Position numbers and translations under genes: made by a program. The notes below the pieces were generated by a model, which was not told where the DNA came from, made no database searches, and saw nothing but the letters and a program-made list of their open reading frames with translations. A stretch of DNA of 64,000 nucleotides from Monocercomonoides exilis PA203 (lineage: Eukaryota; Protista; Preaxostyla), in NCBI GenBank assembly GCA_001643675.2, contig LSRY02000060.1, forward strand, positions 310,001-374,000. Direction: 5' to 3'. Shown piece after piece: positions 37,939 to 50,982 of this stretch (positions are counted from its first letter, which is position 1; each line of letters opens with the position of its first letter).

Positions 37939-38401
37939 TTTTGAATGAAAAAAAGGATCCGACCCTATATTTTATTTTTTTCGAGGGCAAAAAGATCAAA
38001 AAATTACGCGCTAAAGGGCGAAAATTGCAGATTTCAAAAAGCAGTTTTTTAGTAATATATGAAGTTAAATCGATGAAATAAACCATTTTGAACAAAAAAA
38101 AAGTGGCATCGAGATTCTGATCCTTCTGTCATCTTCATTGTTTGAAGCGGAAAACAGAAGTTTTTTCCATGAATACAAGTTTTTAAAATTCAGAAAAAAC
38201 ATTTTTCTAACTCTTATCACATACATAACTATTAAACAAAAAATCAAAATTTTTCTGATATTTGTTTTTTTTTTAATAAATATTCAAAAATTCAAAAAGA
38301 TATGGTTCTGATTGAAGCTGGAGTTTTGTTTCTTTCATTTTTTTAAAACCACTCACTTTTCCAACTTTTTACCAGTTTGCTAATACTTTTTATAATTTAA
38401 T
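37939..38401 (-). repeat. Right terminal inverted repeat (includes putative TTAA TSD)
   Basis: Reverse complement of 29915-30377. Confidence 0.95.
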
Positions 38402-38599
38402 GTTTGTAGTAATGCTATTATTTCTCAAATATATTTTTAATTTACGGCTTTATTTAAAAAATATGTCAAAATACATTCAAAATCTTTATATTTCATGTTT
38501 GTTTGTTCAATAGTATCTAATAGTTATACTGTTGGCCTGCATTTATCTTGTGTTACAACTTCAATTTGATAAGATTTTTTTTATTGGGGAATTCTTAAG

Positions 38600-41500
38600 A
38601 TTCTGCTTTCAACCGAACCTATTTTCTGGCGCTGATTGAGTTCACTCTGTTGCTCGTGCGCCAACAAGAAGAATGAAGTATCATTCATTCATTCATCTTC
38701 TTGGCGAGTTGCAGCTATTATTGAAGAAGTGACATATTTTTTATGTGAAAGTGCTTTCACAGCGCTAAGTTACAAACGCAATGAGACGGGGAATTCAATT
38801 GTTTGTTGGCGGAAGACAGCTGCGAAAGAGCAAGAAAGGTAAAAGAATGCTCATGTTTTATGCAGGACAAGGGAGATTTGTTTTGCAGAAACAGAACTGC
38901 AGAGAAAGGAAACGAACGAGAACAAAAGATGGAGGTAAGATAAAGGAATGAGAACCAAGAGAGGTAGAATGGAAAATTAGAAAGGTTATTTTGTTCAATC
39001 TATTTAATTCAATCTTCTTTTTTTTTTTCAATTTTGAACTTAATAATTATAATTTCAAGATCCTTGCATGATTTTTTATTATTTTTTCTCTGATTCAGAT
39101 ACAGATAACATTAAAACATGGCTTATTTTGATGAAGCAGACGCGTCTGTTGAATATGCTAGTCTCAGCATTGCGAGCAGAAAACAGATGGTGCGGCGTTG
39201 GTGTGCGTCCATTTGGTTGGTGATGGGCTGAAACATGGCATGCCGAGAGTTGATAGTCGAAGAACAAAATGCAGGAGTTGATTTGGCCGTTTGAGTGGAA
39301 GATGCAGGAGCATCGGCAGAACCTGGCGCGAATGCGGGAGTTTGATAAGCCACGAAAGACATAGCGGACAGCTGGAGCAGAAGAAGTGGTGTCGCCGACG
39401 CTGCTACTGCTGAAGCCGCGGGGGGAGTTCTATAAGGAATCGGAGCTTTCGTGAGTGACTGCGGTGCATAAGAAGAAAATTGTCTGGGAAGATAACAAAG
39501 TGTTAGTGATGCTGCTTGAGTGCAAGAAGTGTGAGCCTTGTGAAGTTGTGTTAAAGATACGGGAGACATGACGGGAGCTGAACTGAAAGATGGGAGATAA
39601 GAATGTGAAGAGGATGGAGGTGGAGATGAGCAAGAAGATGCTTGCGAGTCAGTAGATGGAAGAGAGAAAGTGGAAGAGAGAGAAGAAAAAGAAGGAGATG
39701 AAGACAATGAGAACTGCAAAAAGATGGAGGATGAGAGAGAAGAACGAAATTTTGTTCAGCGGAGATAACATAGAAGGGAAATTGACGTCGCCAATTGAGA
39801 GAGAAAGAGAAAGAGGAAATAGAGTTGAGCACGAGGGTTCTTTATAGACAGAGAAAGATGGCATTTCCACAAGCAAAGTCGATAGAATGATGCATTTGGA
39901 GTTATTTGATCAAGGCAGAACATCTCTTGTTATTCCTTCCTGCGAAGAATGGCTGCTGTCAGGAAAATTAGTGGAACACAAGGACTACTTGGGTTTTATT
40001 TCGCAATGAAGATAAGCAGAGGTGGGCAATACGAACTCAATGAGAAGGTGCTAAAGAGGAGATGGACTATTTTCTGTGGAGGACGAAGAGAACGAAGAGA
40101 GAAGGAAAAGCGAGCTGAGAGTGCTATATGGCAGCCCGTCAGAAGCATCGAAGTCTGCTTCGAAGAAAAGCAGACGTGCTTGTGATACGTCTTCAGTGAT
40201 TTTATCATTATCATCTTCCTCTTCTCGGAGCAGCAAGACGTTTTTCCGCGATCCAAAGGATGAATCCAAAATGACAACGAAAGGGAAGAAATGCAGCAAA
40301 GATGACATGGTTCTATTCCAAGAAGACGAAGATTATTTCTTTTGGTTTAAGAAAACTACTTCAAACAAAGCTTTGACCTCATCAATTTCTCAATCATCAT
40401 CCTCTGCTTTGTCTATCTCTCATGTTTCTTTATTGATCCCTCCACAATGTTTCAACAAATACGCAAAGGATCCACGAAGCAGCATTCATGCTTCATTGGA
40501 AGGGATGAAGAGGAGGAAAGAGGAGAAGAAGAATACAGATTTTCTCTCGCTGTATTCGTCGCTGACAAGCGAAAGGATGCTGACTCTGAAATCGGAGGGT
40601 GACATTGCGTCTACTGATGACAAGTTGTTTGAGGAGGAAATGAAAGATGTTGATGTGGTGAAAGGAGCAATGAATGAAGGTGAGACTGAAATTTGACGAA
40701 AGATTGAGGCGAATAAAAGAAAGGAAGCTGAGAGAAGAAAGAGAAAGAGAAGCAGAAAGAATGAAAAACTTGCCTTTTAACCAGCAAAATGCAATTAACA
40801 CAACGTTAAATGGACCAAATCAGACTCTTCAGTCAACGCTCCAATCAACTTGATCAGCATCCTTCTCTTCTTCTCCTTCCTCCTCTTCCTTATTTTCATC
40901 ATCTCCTTCTTCGTCATCCACACAAATTTCATCTGATAACAATCAGATTGTCAATGCTTTGCCTTCTTCACCATCATCACTTTCGCCTCCTCTTTCAATA
41001 TGCTCTTTATCTCCTTCTTCCACCAGCACCCCATCTCCCACCAATCAAATGTGGCATCCTGTTCCTTCTTCCTCTCTTCCATCTTCGCTTTCTTCTGCCT
41101 CACAGCGTCCGTTCCCACTTCGTCACTTTGCTTTCCTGAGCCAAAATCGACGGCTAATCCAAACCACATCGAACAAATTGAGTTGGAGAAAGCGATATAG
41201 CCGAAGATGGAGAAGATGCAGAAGAAAGAGGCAGAGAAGGAGACAAAGGAGCCACTGGAGGAAGAGAAAGGAGTTTGTCTTAAATCTGAAAAAGATGAAG
41301 ATTGAAAGAAGTGAATCGAACTTCAAAAGCGAAGCGAACAAGAGGAAGGTGTTGATGAAGGAGCATTTCGAATAGCCTATTGTTGTTTGTGTAATGAAGA
41401 TTCAGTTAATTTGAGATGATCTATCTTTTGATCGGCAGGCAGTTTATTTTGGAAGCTGTGCAGATGTGTTTCCCAATAAAAGCTCATTTTTGACTGTGGA

Positions 41501-44460
41501 AGAAGGAGATGATGACATTTCAGAAAACTTGTTATTTTCAAAAGAACAACAAAAGAAAAAGAAAAAGAACAAGAAGAAAATTATGCTCCAAAAGAACATA
41601 CACATTCGGAGCAAAAGCGAAGTGAAAATGCAAATATGCTTTAAGATGTTTGATTCAAAAACTTATTCTTTTTCTTCTTCTGATCCTTATCAGAAAAACT
41701 TACAATTTGTTAGTTTTCTTTGTATTTCACAAGATAATCGTCAAACACAGCAAAAAAAGCGTGAAAGAAGCTTCTTCTTCTCCTTCTTTAATTTCTTCTG
41801 CTAATAGTGGTGAAGCTGAAGTTTCGCAGCCTTATTTGCCATTTCCAAGCACATCTGCTTCTTCTTCTTCTTCAAAGCCTCACTCACATTCTCATTCCTC
41901 AAAGTCATCTCATTCAAAACCCAGCTCATCAACAACTACCTTATCACCTTCCTCAACAGCTGTACCAACTGCTTCATCATCATCACCTTCTTCTTCAACT
42001 TCTTCTATTTCATCTTCTTCATCAGCATCTCAAAATACATCTGTTATCAAACAATTTTTTCATCCCCTCCAGCTACTTGCACAGACACACAAGAAGCACA
42101 GCGATCACACCCTCAAACCGATCTCTATTGCGCATCCACGCTCAACCCTCTCGCAAAATGCTGCGGAAATTAAAAGACAAAAGAGGAAGCCAGCAGCAAG
42201 TCAGAAGCGAAATTCATCTCTTTCGTCTTCTTCTGCAAAGACTCAACTGACTATTTCAACATTTTCTGCGCATTCATACGCAGTTACATATTCTTCTTCT
42301 TTGTTTTCTTCCTCTTCCTCTTCTTCTGTTTCTCAAGAACCACCTTGTTCGCCCCGCCCCACCTTTCCTTCTTTTCTCCACCACTGAGTCGGCTGTGCTG
42401 AGACTTGCGGGCAGAGAAGCACGATGGAAGACAGCGTGTTGCTGCTGCCCATTGATGGATGAGGCGTAGAGAAGCTTGTGTGCGATGGAGAAGAGGGGAT
42501 TTTGGCTCGCATACTGAAATATCCGCAGGAGCTGAGGTTTGGTGAGAAAGGAATGAAGGCACTGGAAGACAGAGAGGATGAGATCTGGGCAAGGATGATG
42601 AGAGAGAAAGAGAAAAGGAAGAAGGAAAGAATGGAAAAGGAAAAGAGAGGAAGAAAAGAGAAAGAAAAGAAGAAGAGGATGATAAATCCATAAATAAGCT
42701 CAATACAAACATAGAAGCAAGTAATGTTGAGATTAACTTACAAACGTTGCCTTCATCTTCTCTTTCGTAGTCATCATCTTCTTCTTCATATTCTTCAACA
42801 GAAAGTATTAAAGAACAGAATGTGAATGCACACACAACAAATGCAGCTGATGATGCTTTTCTTCAACCTCCTCTGAATATTCCTCCTCCTCCTCCTCTTT
42901 CCACTCAAGCTCAATTCAATGCCTCTGCTCTCTTCTCAACTACTTCTTCCATACTCCCCTATGCACCTCTTCTTCTTCTTCTTTTTCTTCTTCTTATCCT
43001 TCCTCTTCCTCTTCTTCGTATTCCCTTTTTCTGCTTTCTCTTCCCCATCCTCTTATTTTCCCTTCACAACTCGATTCATCTTCATCGTCTCCTTCTCCTT
43101 CTTCCCCTTCTTATCTCTCTTTCTCTCAGAGTTAAGAATGACAGATTTCGAGGAGTGTCATTTCATCTGTTTCTTCCTTAACACGAAAGCCTGAAAGCAT
43201 CGATACGAAAGGCAGAGGAGAGAGATGATTCTTTATGCAGCGCAGAGTGAATTAACAGTTGAGGAGCCACCAAGATGCGCCTGGAAAGATGCCGCCACCT
43301 CCTCATTTGAACGAGGCGATCTTGAGTGCTCTAACAGATCAAGCAGATGAGGTTGCAGCTGGCAGTGAGGGAAAATAAACAAATGGAAAGGCTTTAACTG
43401 GTGAGCTGGAAGCTGTCGGCATGCACACTCCAACAGAGCTGAGCGAGCGAGATGGCAGTGAAGACGAAATGAATCGTGCTGAAGAAGCTTATTGACTGAT
43501 AAAACACAGCGAGATGAGAATGACAACACTGAAACCTCCAAAGGCGAGATTCGTGTCGATGAGATGCTCGATGGAGCAGCTGGAGCCATCGTCGAGCAGG
43601 AGCAGAGGCTGGCAGCACTGAGGACGGAGAGGTTGGTGTCGGAGGGGAAGAGGGAGGAAGCGGGGAGAGCACGAAGAGCAGGGCATGTGAAGTGGAAGGA
43701 ATAAACAGATATGTTGGAGGGGCGAAGGGTTCTTCAACAAGAACAAATGAGGGTGGGGTTGAGGCGGACGAGCTGGTCAGCCGCGGAAAAGAGGAAGGAG
43801 TACACAGCTAGTTATCCGTCGAGGAGGGAGAAGAGGGAAGAGTGGGCTGATCCAGAGGGAGTTTTCTATTGAGCGGCAGATGCAGAGTACAACAGTGGAA
43901 AGGGAGATGCAGGTCTCAAGCAGGTAGCTGCACTGGCAGGCAGAGGTTCAGGTGTCCTGCTCGACGAACATTTAGTAGGCGCGTAAGAATGTGATTAAGG
44001 GGAGGAGTCGACATCGATGTTGGGGTCTGTGGGAGGAGTGGAAGGCGAAGTGGAGGTTGAAAATGAGAGTGGGAGGTGGGGGCCGGCTGTGGTCAGCACG
44101 AATCCGCTGAGCTCATCGATGGCAAACACCACGCAACCCAAGCCATGTGTCTGTGCCTGGACTCGCTAGCCTCCTCTGGACTCGCTGCGATTTTTACACA
44201 TCCCCCGTCTCCGCTCCCCTTCTCCTTACCCCCAATCATACACACACTGCACTCCACCACGCTGCTGCTTCCGGTGCACTCGATCTGAGAAAACATTGCG
44301 ATCGACACTTCGCCCAGTGTTTCGAACTCGCATAGAACAACCCTCCAAAAGCTGATTGTTGTCAGCAAGAAAAACATCCTCTCCACTTTCTTAAATCACC
44401 ATTGCATCCTCATTCAGGGTTGAAACTGAACCAAGCGGGGCTGTTGAAAAATGCAAAGAA
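38600..44460 (+). pseudogene. Decayed large Ser/Glu/Lys-rich low-complexity gene
   Basis: Plus-strand low-complexity ORF fragments (40076-40696, 40959-41375, 41650-42387) with many stops; no domain recognised. Boundaries approximate. Confidence 0.35.
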
Positions 44461-45241
44461 ACTTATTCACATATTTGTCCAGCTTTTAAAGTGATTTGCT
44501 AAGAGAAAGAAATAGCGCAGAGAAGTATATTTAGAAAAATTGTTGAATGGAATGTTCACCAAGCAAATTAGGCAATGCAAAAAAAGAAAAACAGATGATA
44601 AAAAAGATGTGTTCATAATAGTTGTGAGCTTTTTTAGTGAAAAAAGTGAAATTTTTCTTATTTCTTTTAAATTTTTTTTTTTTTTGATTCGAACTTTGCA
44701 ATTTTCAAAAATAACTTTGATCAATCTATTTAAATAACTTCTTTAAAGTATTATTAACTTCCAAGCCAATATCAACTTCTAATTGTTGTATATCTGATAA
44801 ATATCGAGTTTAACTATTATATTTTTCATTTGTGTTTTTGAAAATTGTTAATTTTCAACAAAAGTTTTATGATCTTCAAAATTAATTTTAAAATTTCTTT
44901 TCAATAATGTTATTAAACTGTTTTTTTCTTTAGAAATAGTTTAATAGCGTATTATTATCATGTTATATTAATGATTAAAATAATGTTTTGTTCTGTTCAT
45001 TGAAGTTTCTATATTTTTTGAATAATTTTTTATATTATTTTCTAAATATGGAATAAAAACAATTGGAAACAAATAAATATCAACAAATAAATAATAATAA
45101 TAATATATTGATCTATATTTTCGCATTATTTGACAAAATTATTATCTTATCAACCCCACCCTTAATGAAAATTTTTTATGATCAAACGTCGGAATTTTTT
45201 ATGATATCAAAAAAAATCACCCATATTGCTTTTTTTCCTAT

Positions 45242-46751
45242 ATGTGTTGCATCTGTTTTTTGAAAAAGATTCATAAAAATTCGGTTACGTTTTTCCAGAA
45301 TTACTTAAGACATGTGGTAGATATTACACAATTACTCAAAACAGGAATTTTTATTGCAAAACATGGACGAAATGTGTCACAGATTTATATATTGATTTCT
45401 ACAACACGTTTTAAACATGCAAAAGAGGAGATATGATTGCTCTTGCTTTTTCTTTAACTCCATTTGGTTTGAATCAATTTAGGAATGAGCAATTTGCAAG
45501 CAGCTATTTCTTGGAAATAAAAAACATGAGTTATCGTTCATTGGGAAAAACTCATTCATATGCAAGTGATCTTCGCTTAATTAATGAAGAATCAATTTCT
45601 TCAGGTTCCTTTTGTTTATCAAATTCATGTTCATTTTTCTTTTCTGGAAAGTCAAAAAGATCATCATTATCTATCAACGAAGATAATTTTTCAAGCATTC
45701 CTTCTTTTTCTTCCTTGACAACAGCAAACGGTTCAATTGAATCACTAGATCAAATAGTTGATGAAACAAGTTTTGCAGAAAATCAATCCTTGTCAATTTC
45801 TGATCATTCAGATGAAAGTTTATGTTCATTCACAAGTATTCATTCACAACTTTCATTACGATCTTTTGAAAAAGCGATATCTGCTGCAACGAAGCCTGCA
45901 CCAGCAAGTTTTATCTTTAACGATGTTTCTAAGGAATGTCCAAGGGATCCAACAACAAGAACAGAAAGAAGTGTTTCAACCTTTCAAAAAGAAACTGTAT
46001 TTCTTCATTACTTTCATTGTTGGATGTTCTGGAATCAATTGAGATGGAAAATGCAAAAAATAATAAATAAGATAAGCAATCAACTGAAGAAATTGTTTTT
46101 GAAGAAATCTTTGGATTAACAACAGCAGAACTGGAAGCCGAAGATGACCAATTTACAGATTATTCTCAAGTTTGCAAGAATCAAGACAAAAGCACGGATG
46201 CGTTATCTTTGCTATCTCATTCATCAGGAAGAGATGATGCTTCAAATACAGCAAACCAAACGGATGAAGAAGAAACGTGTGAAAACAGCTTTGTTGAAGA
46301 AGATGAAGAAGCTGATGTGTTAATAGTTGGATCAAATGGAAAAATTACTCAAAAAGCAACTGACATAGTTTCAAAAAACAACGAAATTATGAAAATTTTA
46401 AATTCCAATTTTCCATCTTCTTGGGATTTAAGATTGGTTAACGCTTTTAATTTATTTGTAAATCAGTCTTTGAAAAGATTTGATGAAGAAATCAAAAGCA
46501 ATTGCAAAAGGCTATCCGGAGAGTTCCTTTATCCTATTTGCAGTTGTGACTTGTTTCAAAATCCTCATTTGTTTTATTCTGTTATTGGTACAAAAGGAAC
46601 GTTTGACACTATATTTGCCAAGATTTGCATGTCCCTCATTTCGTTCCCATGCAGCGAAGCATCATGTGAACGTGTTATTTCCCGAATACGAAAAATAACA
46701 GGCGACAAAAGACATTCCATTCATCTGGAGACACTGAATTCTCTTTTTTAA
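45242..46751 (+). pseudogene. hAT transposase C-terminal fragment including the dimerisation motif
   Basis: 'ALAFSLTPFG' and 'FPCSEASCERVISRIRKITGDKRHSI..ETL' (hAT C-terminal dimerisation/catalytic Glu region); frameshifted, N-terminus missing. Confidence 0.75.
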
Positions 46752-47725
46752 TATAGCTTAAGATAAATGAGTCAGAAACTTTTCTTATTAATTAAGAATC
46801 ATATAAAAATCTTAACTTCATTTTTTTGTTCTTTCAATAATGAAATGTCGTTTCAAAGAAAATGACAAACGGATTGTTCACAATCAATGTCTTGATACTG
46901 AAATGAAACACTGAAGCTGTTTTCTTGCCGAGAATGAATAAGTTTCTCACCCACGGCTTTCGTTAATAAGGTTCAATATCAATTCTTAGGAAAACTCTGT
47001 GAGATACTAATTTCTTATTCTCAGCCAATGCATATAAAAAGAAAATGCAACAAGGGAAGATATATTTTGTGACATATTAACTTAAATAAATCAAACTTTA
47101 AGTATTCTTCGATTGGATCTTAAGTTATCATAAAATTGCTGTGTTCATTGCTTCTTTGTGGATTGCATCATTATGGATCAAAGTTAATTATTCTGAAAAT
47201 TGACTGTTTTTCAATATTAATATCCAATGTTTTCCTTATGATAATCACATTTCTTTTGATCAGCATCTTTCTTTTTGAGCGTTATTTCAACGAACAAATT
47301 TTTTCTTTGATAAAGCCATTTACAACAAACAAACAACGACAACCAATTCTCTTTCTCTTTTGAACTTCCACTTTTTTTATTTACGTTCATCTTATCTTCT
47401 CACTCATTCAAATTCAGGTCAATATTCTCTCCTTTCGTTTTTTCATCTTGAATTTGATGTTGCTTCTCCTTTCATAAAAGAACAACTCAATTTTTCCAAT
47501 TTAATCAAAAGAGAACAAGCTTCATTTCAACATGAAGAACTTTTTCTCATCAAAGTTCATGAAACAGCAAACCAATTCAAATGAGTTGCCTTTCATTTTT
47601 CAAAATATTTCATTTTGAAAAATCTTGTATTTTGAAATCACTGGAAAGTTAATCTGAATAATAATGAATGTGAGAATACTGAGAATTATATAATGTCGAA
47701 GTTGAAAACAACACAAAAGATGAAC

Positions 47726-48083
47726 AAGAAAGGAAGAAAGGAAGAAAGGAAGAAAGGAAGAAAGGAAGAAAGGAAGAAAGGAAGAAAGGAAGAAAGGAAG
47801 AAAGGAAGAAAGGAAGAAAGGAAGAAAGGAAGAAAGGAAGAAAGGAAGAAAGGAAGAAAGGAAGAAAGGAAGAAAGGAAGAAAGGAAGAAAGGAAGAAAG
47901 GAAGAAAGGAAGAAAGGAAGAAAGGAAGAAAGGAAGAAAGGAAGAAAGGAAGAAAGGAAGAAAGGAAGAAAGGAAGAAAGGAAGAAAGGAAGAAAGGAAG
48001 AAAGGAAGAAAGGAAGAAAGGAAGAAAGGAAGAAAGGAAGAAAGGAAGAAAGGAAGAAAGGAAGAAAGGAAGAAAGGAAGAAA
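47726..48083. repeat. (AAGAAAGG)n 8-bp microsatellite, ~44 perfect copies
   Basis: Directly visible. Confidence 0.97.
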
Positions 48084-49639
48084 GAAGAAGAAGATGATGA
48101 AAAAGAAAAAGTGAAAAATGAAAGAAACCTGAATGGAGAAGCTGAAATGGATATGACTGATAAAGTGGGAGCGAGAATGACAGCAATTGGAGGAGGAGGA
48201 TTTGAAGATTTGTCTATTTCAGAAAATTGAAGAGGAAGAAAAGAAAAAAGACACAAATGAAACGCAATATGAAAAATAAGATGCATTTTTTATCATGCAG
48301 TTAACGATGTGCCTACGTCATCTGCATTTCTGTTTTCAAAGGAGAAATATGAACAGATAATGATGACTTCAACTATCTCTTAACTCATCTATTCATCTTC
48401 TTCTTCCCCTTCTTCTTTTTCACCTTCTTTTTCACCTTCCTCTTTCTCTTCATCATCATACTCATCATCTTCCTCTTCTTTGCCCTCTTCTTTGCCTTTC
48501 TCTTATGCGGACCACTTACCAGCACCATTGCTCAAGCTGATGCTGAAGATGAAACATGGACTATTTTTCCTCACCATTTTGTTGAACCGACAAGCAAATT
48601 AAAACTTTCTTTTTAACTCCTTTTTTTTTCAAAACTGTCATCTCTCCTTGTGCAACATAAGTCACTTGCATCTATCGAAGAAGGATGAAACTGCTGAGAA
48701 GAGGAAATTCAGAAGAAGGAAAGAGGAGGAGGAAGAAGAAGGGAATGAGAGAGAAGGGGGAGAAGGGGGAGGAGATGGAAATAAGAGGAATCGGAAGATT
48801 AGAAAAAGACGAAAGTGAAGATGGCTTTGATGAAGAAAATAAGAAATGTTCCAAGAAAGAAGATTTAAATAATGATTTTTTCATGAAACAGAAAAAAGCA
48901 ACAGCGAAATCTCACCTGAATTTAGTGTATGTTTGAATGAAAAAAGTGAATTCGCTAGAGAACGTCATCGAAGCACTCATATAAGATCATTGGTGAAACA
49001 AGCGAAAAAGTCCACATTAAAAAAGCTGAGGTTAGCTAACAGTGCTTGTGGAAGAGGAAGTGATGATGATGATAACGATGAAGAAGATGATGAAGGCGAT
49101 GAAGGTGATTATGTGATGAGGAGGAAGAAGATGAAAAAGAAAGCAGTGAACGCTCTGGAGATTAACAGTCATTCAGTTCGTATATTAACGACTTTGTGAC
49201 GAGACAGTTCAACAAGGAGTGGTTTCCTTCACACGTAAACCTTTCATTACAAACAGGTTTTACTCAGACGATGTGATGAATGAACTTTCCACATCTTCTT
49301 CGATGGCTCCGGTTGACATCAGCTTCATAATGGATTGCGGGATTGCGAACGGAAAGCGGCGGAGTGGTTTTGTTTGGGCGGACAGAACTGGCACACAAAA
49401 TTGAGGAGAAAAACAACATAATGATTATTTAGCCTGAATGCATTGATATGAGTGTGAGTATTTCAAGGAGCAAGAAAGCAATGAAAATGAAAACGCTGAA
49501 AAAGATGTAGTTGAAAGAATACAAATTAAATAATTTTGTTTATCTTTCAATTAAAATGCAGCCTTCAAAAACATATAATTATTTCAACATTTTTTTTATG
49601 AATGATTGATTATTCCTTCACAATAAAAAATATATAGAC

Positions 49640-50430
49640 GTATGATATGAGATGCAATTCATTCACAACCACTTCTTCTAAGCTGTTATCATCTCCAAAT
49701 CTGTTGATTAAAAACAGCCTAGCAGAATGATTGGCAAGTCGCGTGAGGTTGTGACGATCCTGATGATATTGGTAAAAATCTTTAATTTCATTTTAATACA
49801 GTTTTTGCTCAATTTCCTTTTTCAAAAAATCGAAAAAATATGCAAGAATATCTAAAAGTGAATTGAAATTCTCATACGAAACACTCACTGTTGGTCAAAG
49901 CTGACAATGCAATTTCCACTTCTTTTTGAATTTCCTCGTTTTCTTCTTTCTTCAAGGCAACTTTCAGAAGACATGGTATAAAGACTGTCAGTATTTCATC
50001 TGAAAAGGTTCCATCATTCAGTTGAGGAAAACATTCACAAAGAACAGTCAAAAGTTTTTCATCTTTTTTCTTTTTGTCTTCATCAATCATCATCTCTTTC
50101 ATTCTTTTTCCCAATAATGATTCTTCAAAAGAACATCATATAAAACATTTCAATTCCTTGCTATTATCCAGGAACTTTAAAAATTCAATTGCATTTCCGT
50201 ACGTAATTTTCTCTTCTTTAATCATATCATCAATTTTTTCTACAGTTCTTCTGTGAAAAATGATTTAAATACTTCTTTATTCATTTCATTAATCATTTCA
50301 TTCATTTCCGTCTTTTTGACTTTCTGTTCATCGCTTGTACTATCTTCAAGCACAGTTAACAATTCTTCAAAAAATTTGAAGAATAATAATCGATTTCTAA
50401 GAATTCAAATTCAATAATAACATCAACCCA
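49640..50430 (-). pseudogene. Second member of the expanded host family (paralog of 13316-14548), truncated
   Basis: 'EMMIDEDKKKKDEKLL..LCEC...IPCLLKVALKKEENEEIQKEVEIALSAL'; intron 49817-49877 at the equivalent position. Confidence 0.7.
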
Positions 50431-50766
50431 TTGAAATTCTAAATGGAAATACTTCTTGAATAGCAAAATGAAAACTGTTGTAAAAAAACAATACCATTGA
50501 AAATCTTTAATATAGTTTTCGAATATGTTCTAATAGCAAACATCTGCAAAAATCAAAGCTTGCATAGTTAATTTATAATCGATCTTAATACCGTGTTTCT
50601 TTGTTTTTGTCTAACAAACAGTGCATTACAAAGAAAAAACAGTTTTTTATTTTCATTTTTTGTAATTATGGATTTCTCAATCTAAAGTTGACTTTTATTC
50701 AAAAGAAAAATATATGTGCATTTAAATTATTATTCCATATAATTCATGTGCATTTGATTTAAATAT

Positions 50767-50861
50767 AAAAATAAAGAGTTTAATAATTATAATAATTATA
50801 ATTAAACTCTTTATTTTTTAGTGACAGACAGCAACATAAATTCGCTTGTCGTGTCACACTA
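50767..50861. repeat. Two adjacent inverted repeats/hairpins
   Basis: AAAAATAAAGAGTTTAAT (50767-50784) / ATTAAACTCTTTATTTTT (50801-50818), then GTGACAGACAGC...GCTTGTCGTGTCAC. Confidence 0.7.
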
Positions 50862-50982
50862 ATCTATATTTTTATTTGTTTATTTTTATTCATTTTTATT
50901 TATTCATTTTTATTCATTTATTTTTTTTTAAATTTTTTTAAACTTCCATTTTCTTTTGTCATCAAACTTTCTTCATTTAACT

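Larger units (their letters stand above)
29920..38396. mobile_element. 8.5-kb long-TIR DNA transposon (Sola-like DDD transposase) carrying two USP deubiquitinase domains
   Basis: 463-bp inverted repeats (29915-30377 / 37939-38401); they yield identical ORF translations on opposite strands. TTAA at 29916-29919 and 38397-38400 is the putative TSD. Two divergent genes inside. Confidence 0.9.

Noticed and set aside
47600-48286. ORFs of repeated FFLSSFLP / KKGRKEER
   Set aside because: Translation products of the 8-bp microsatellite.
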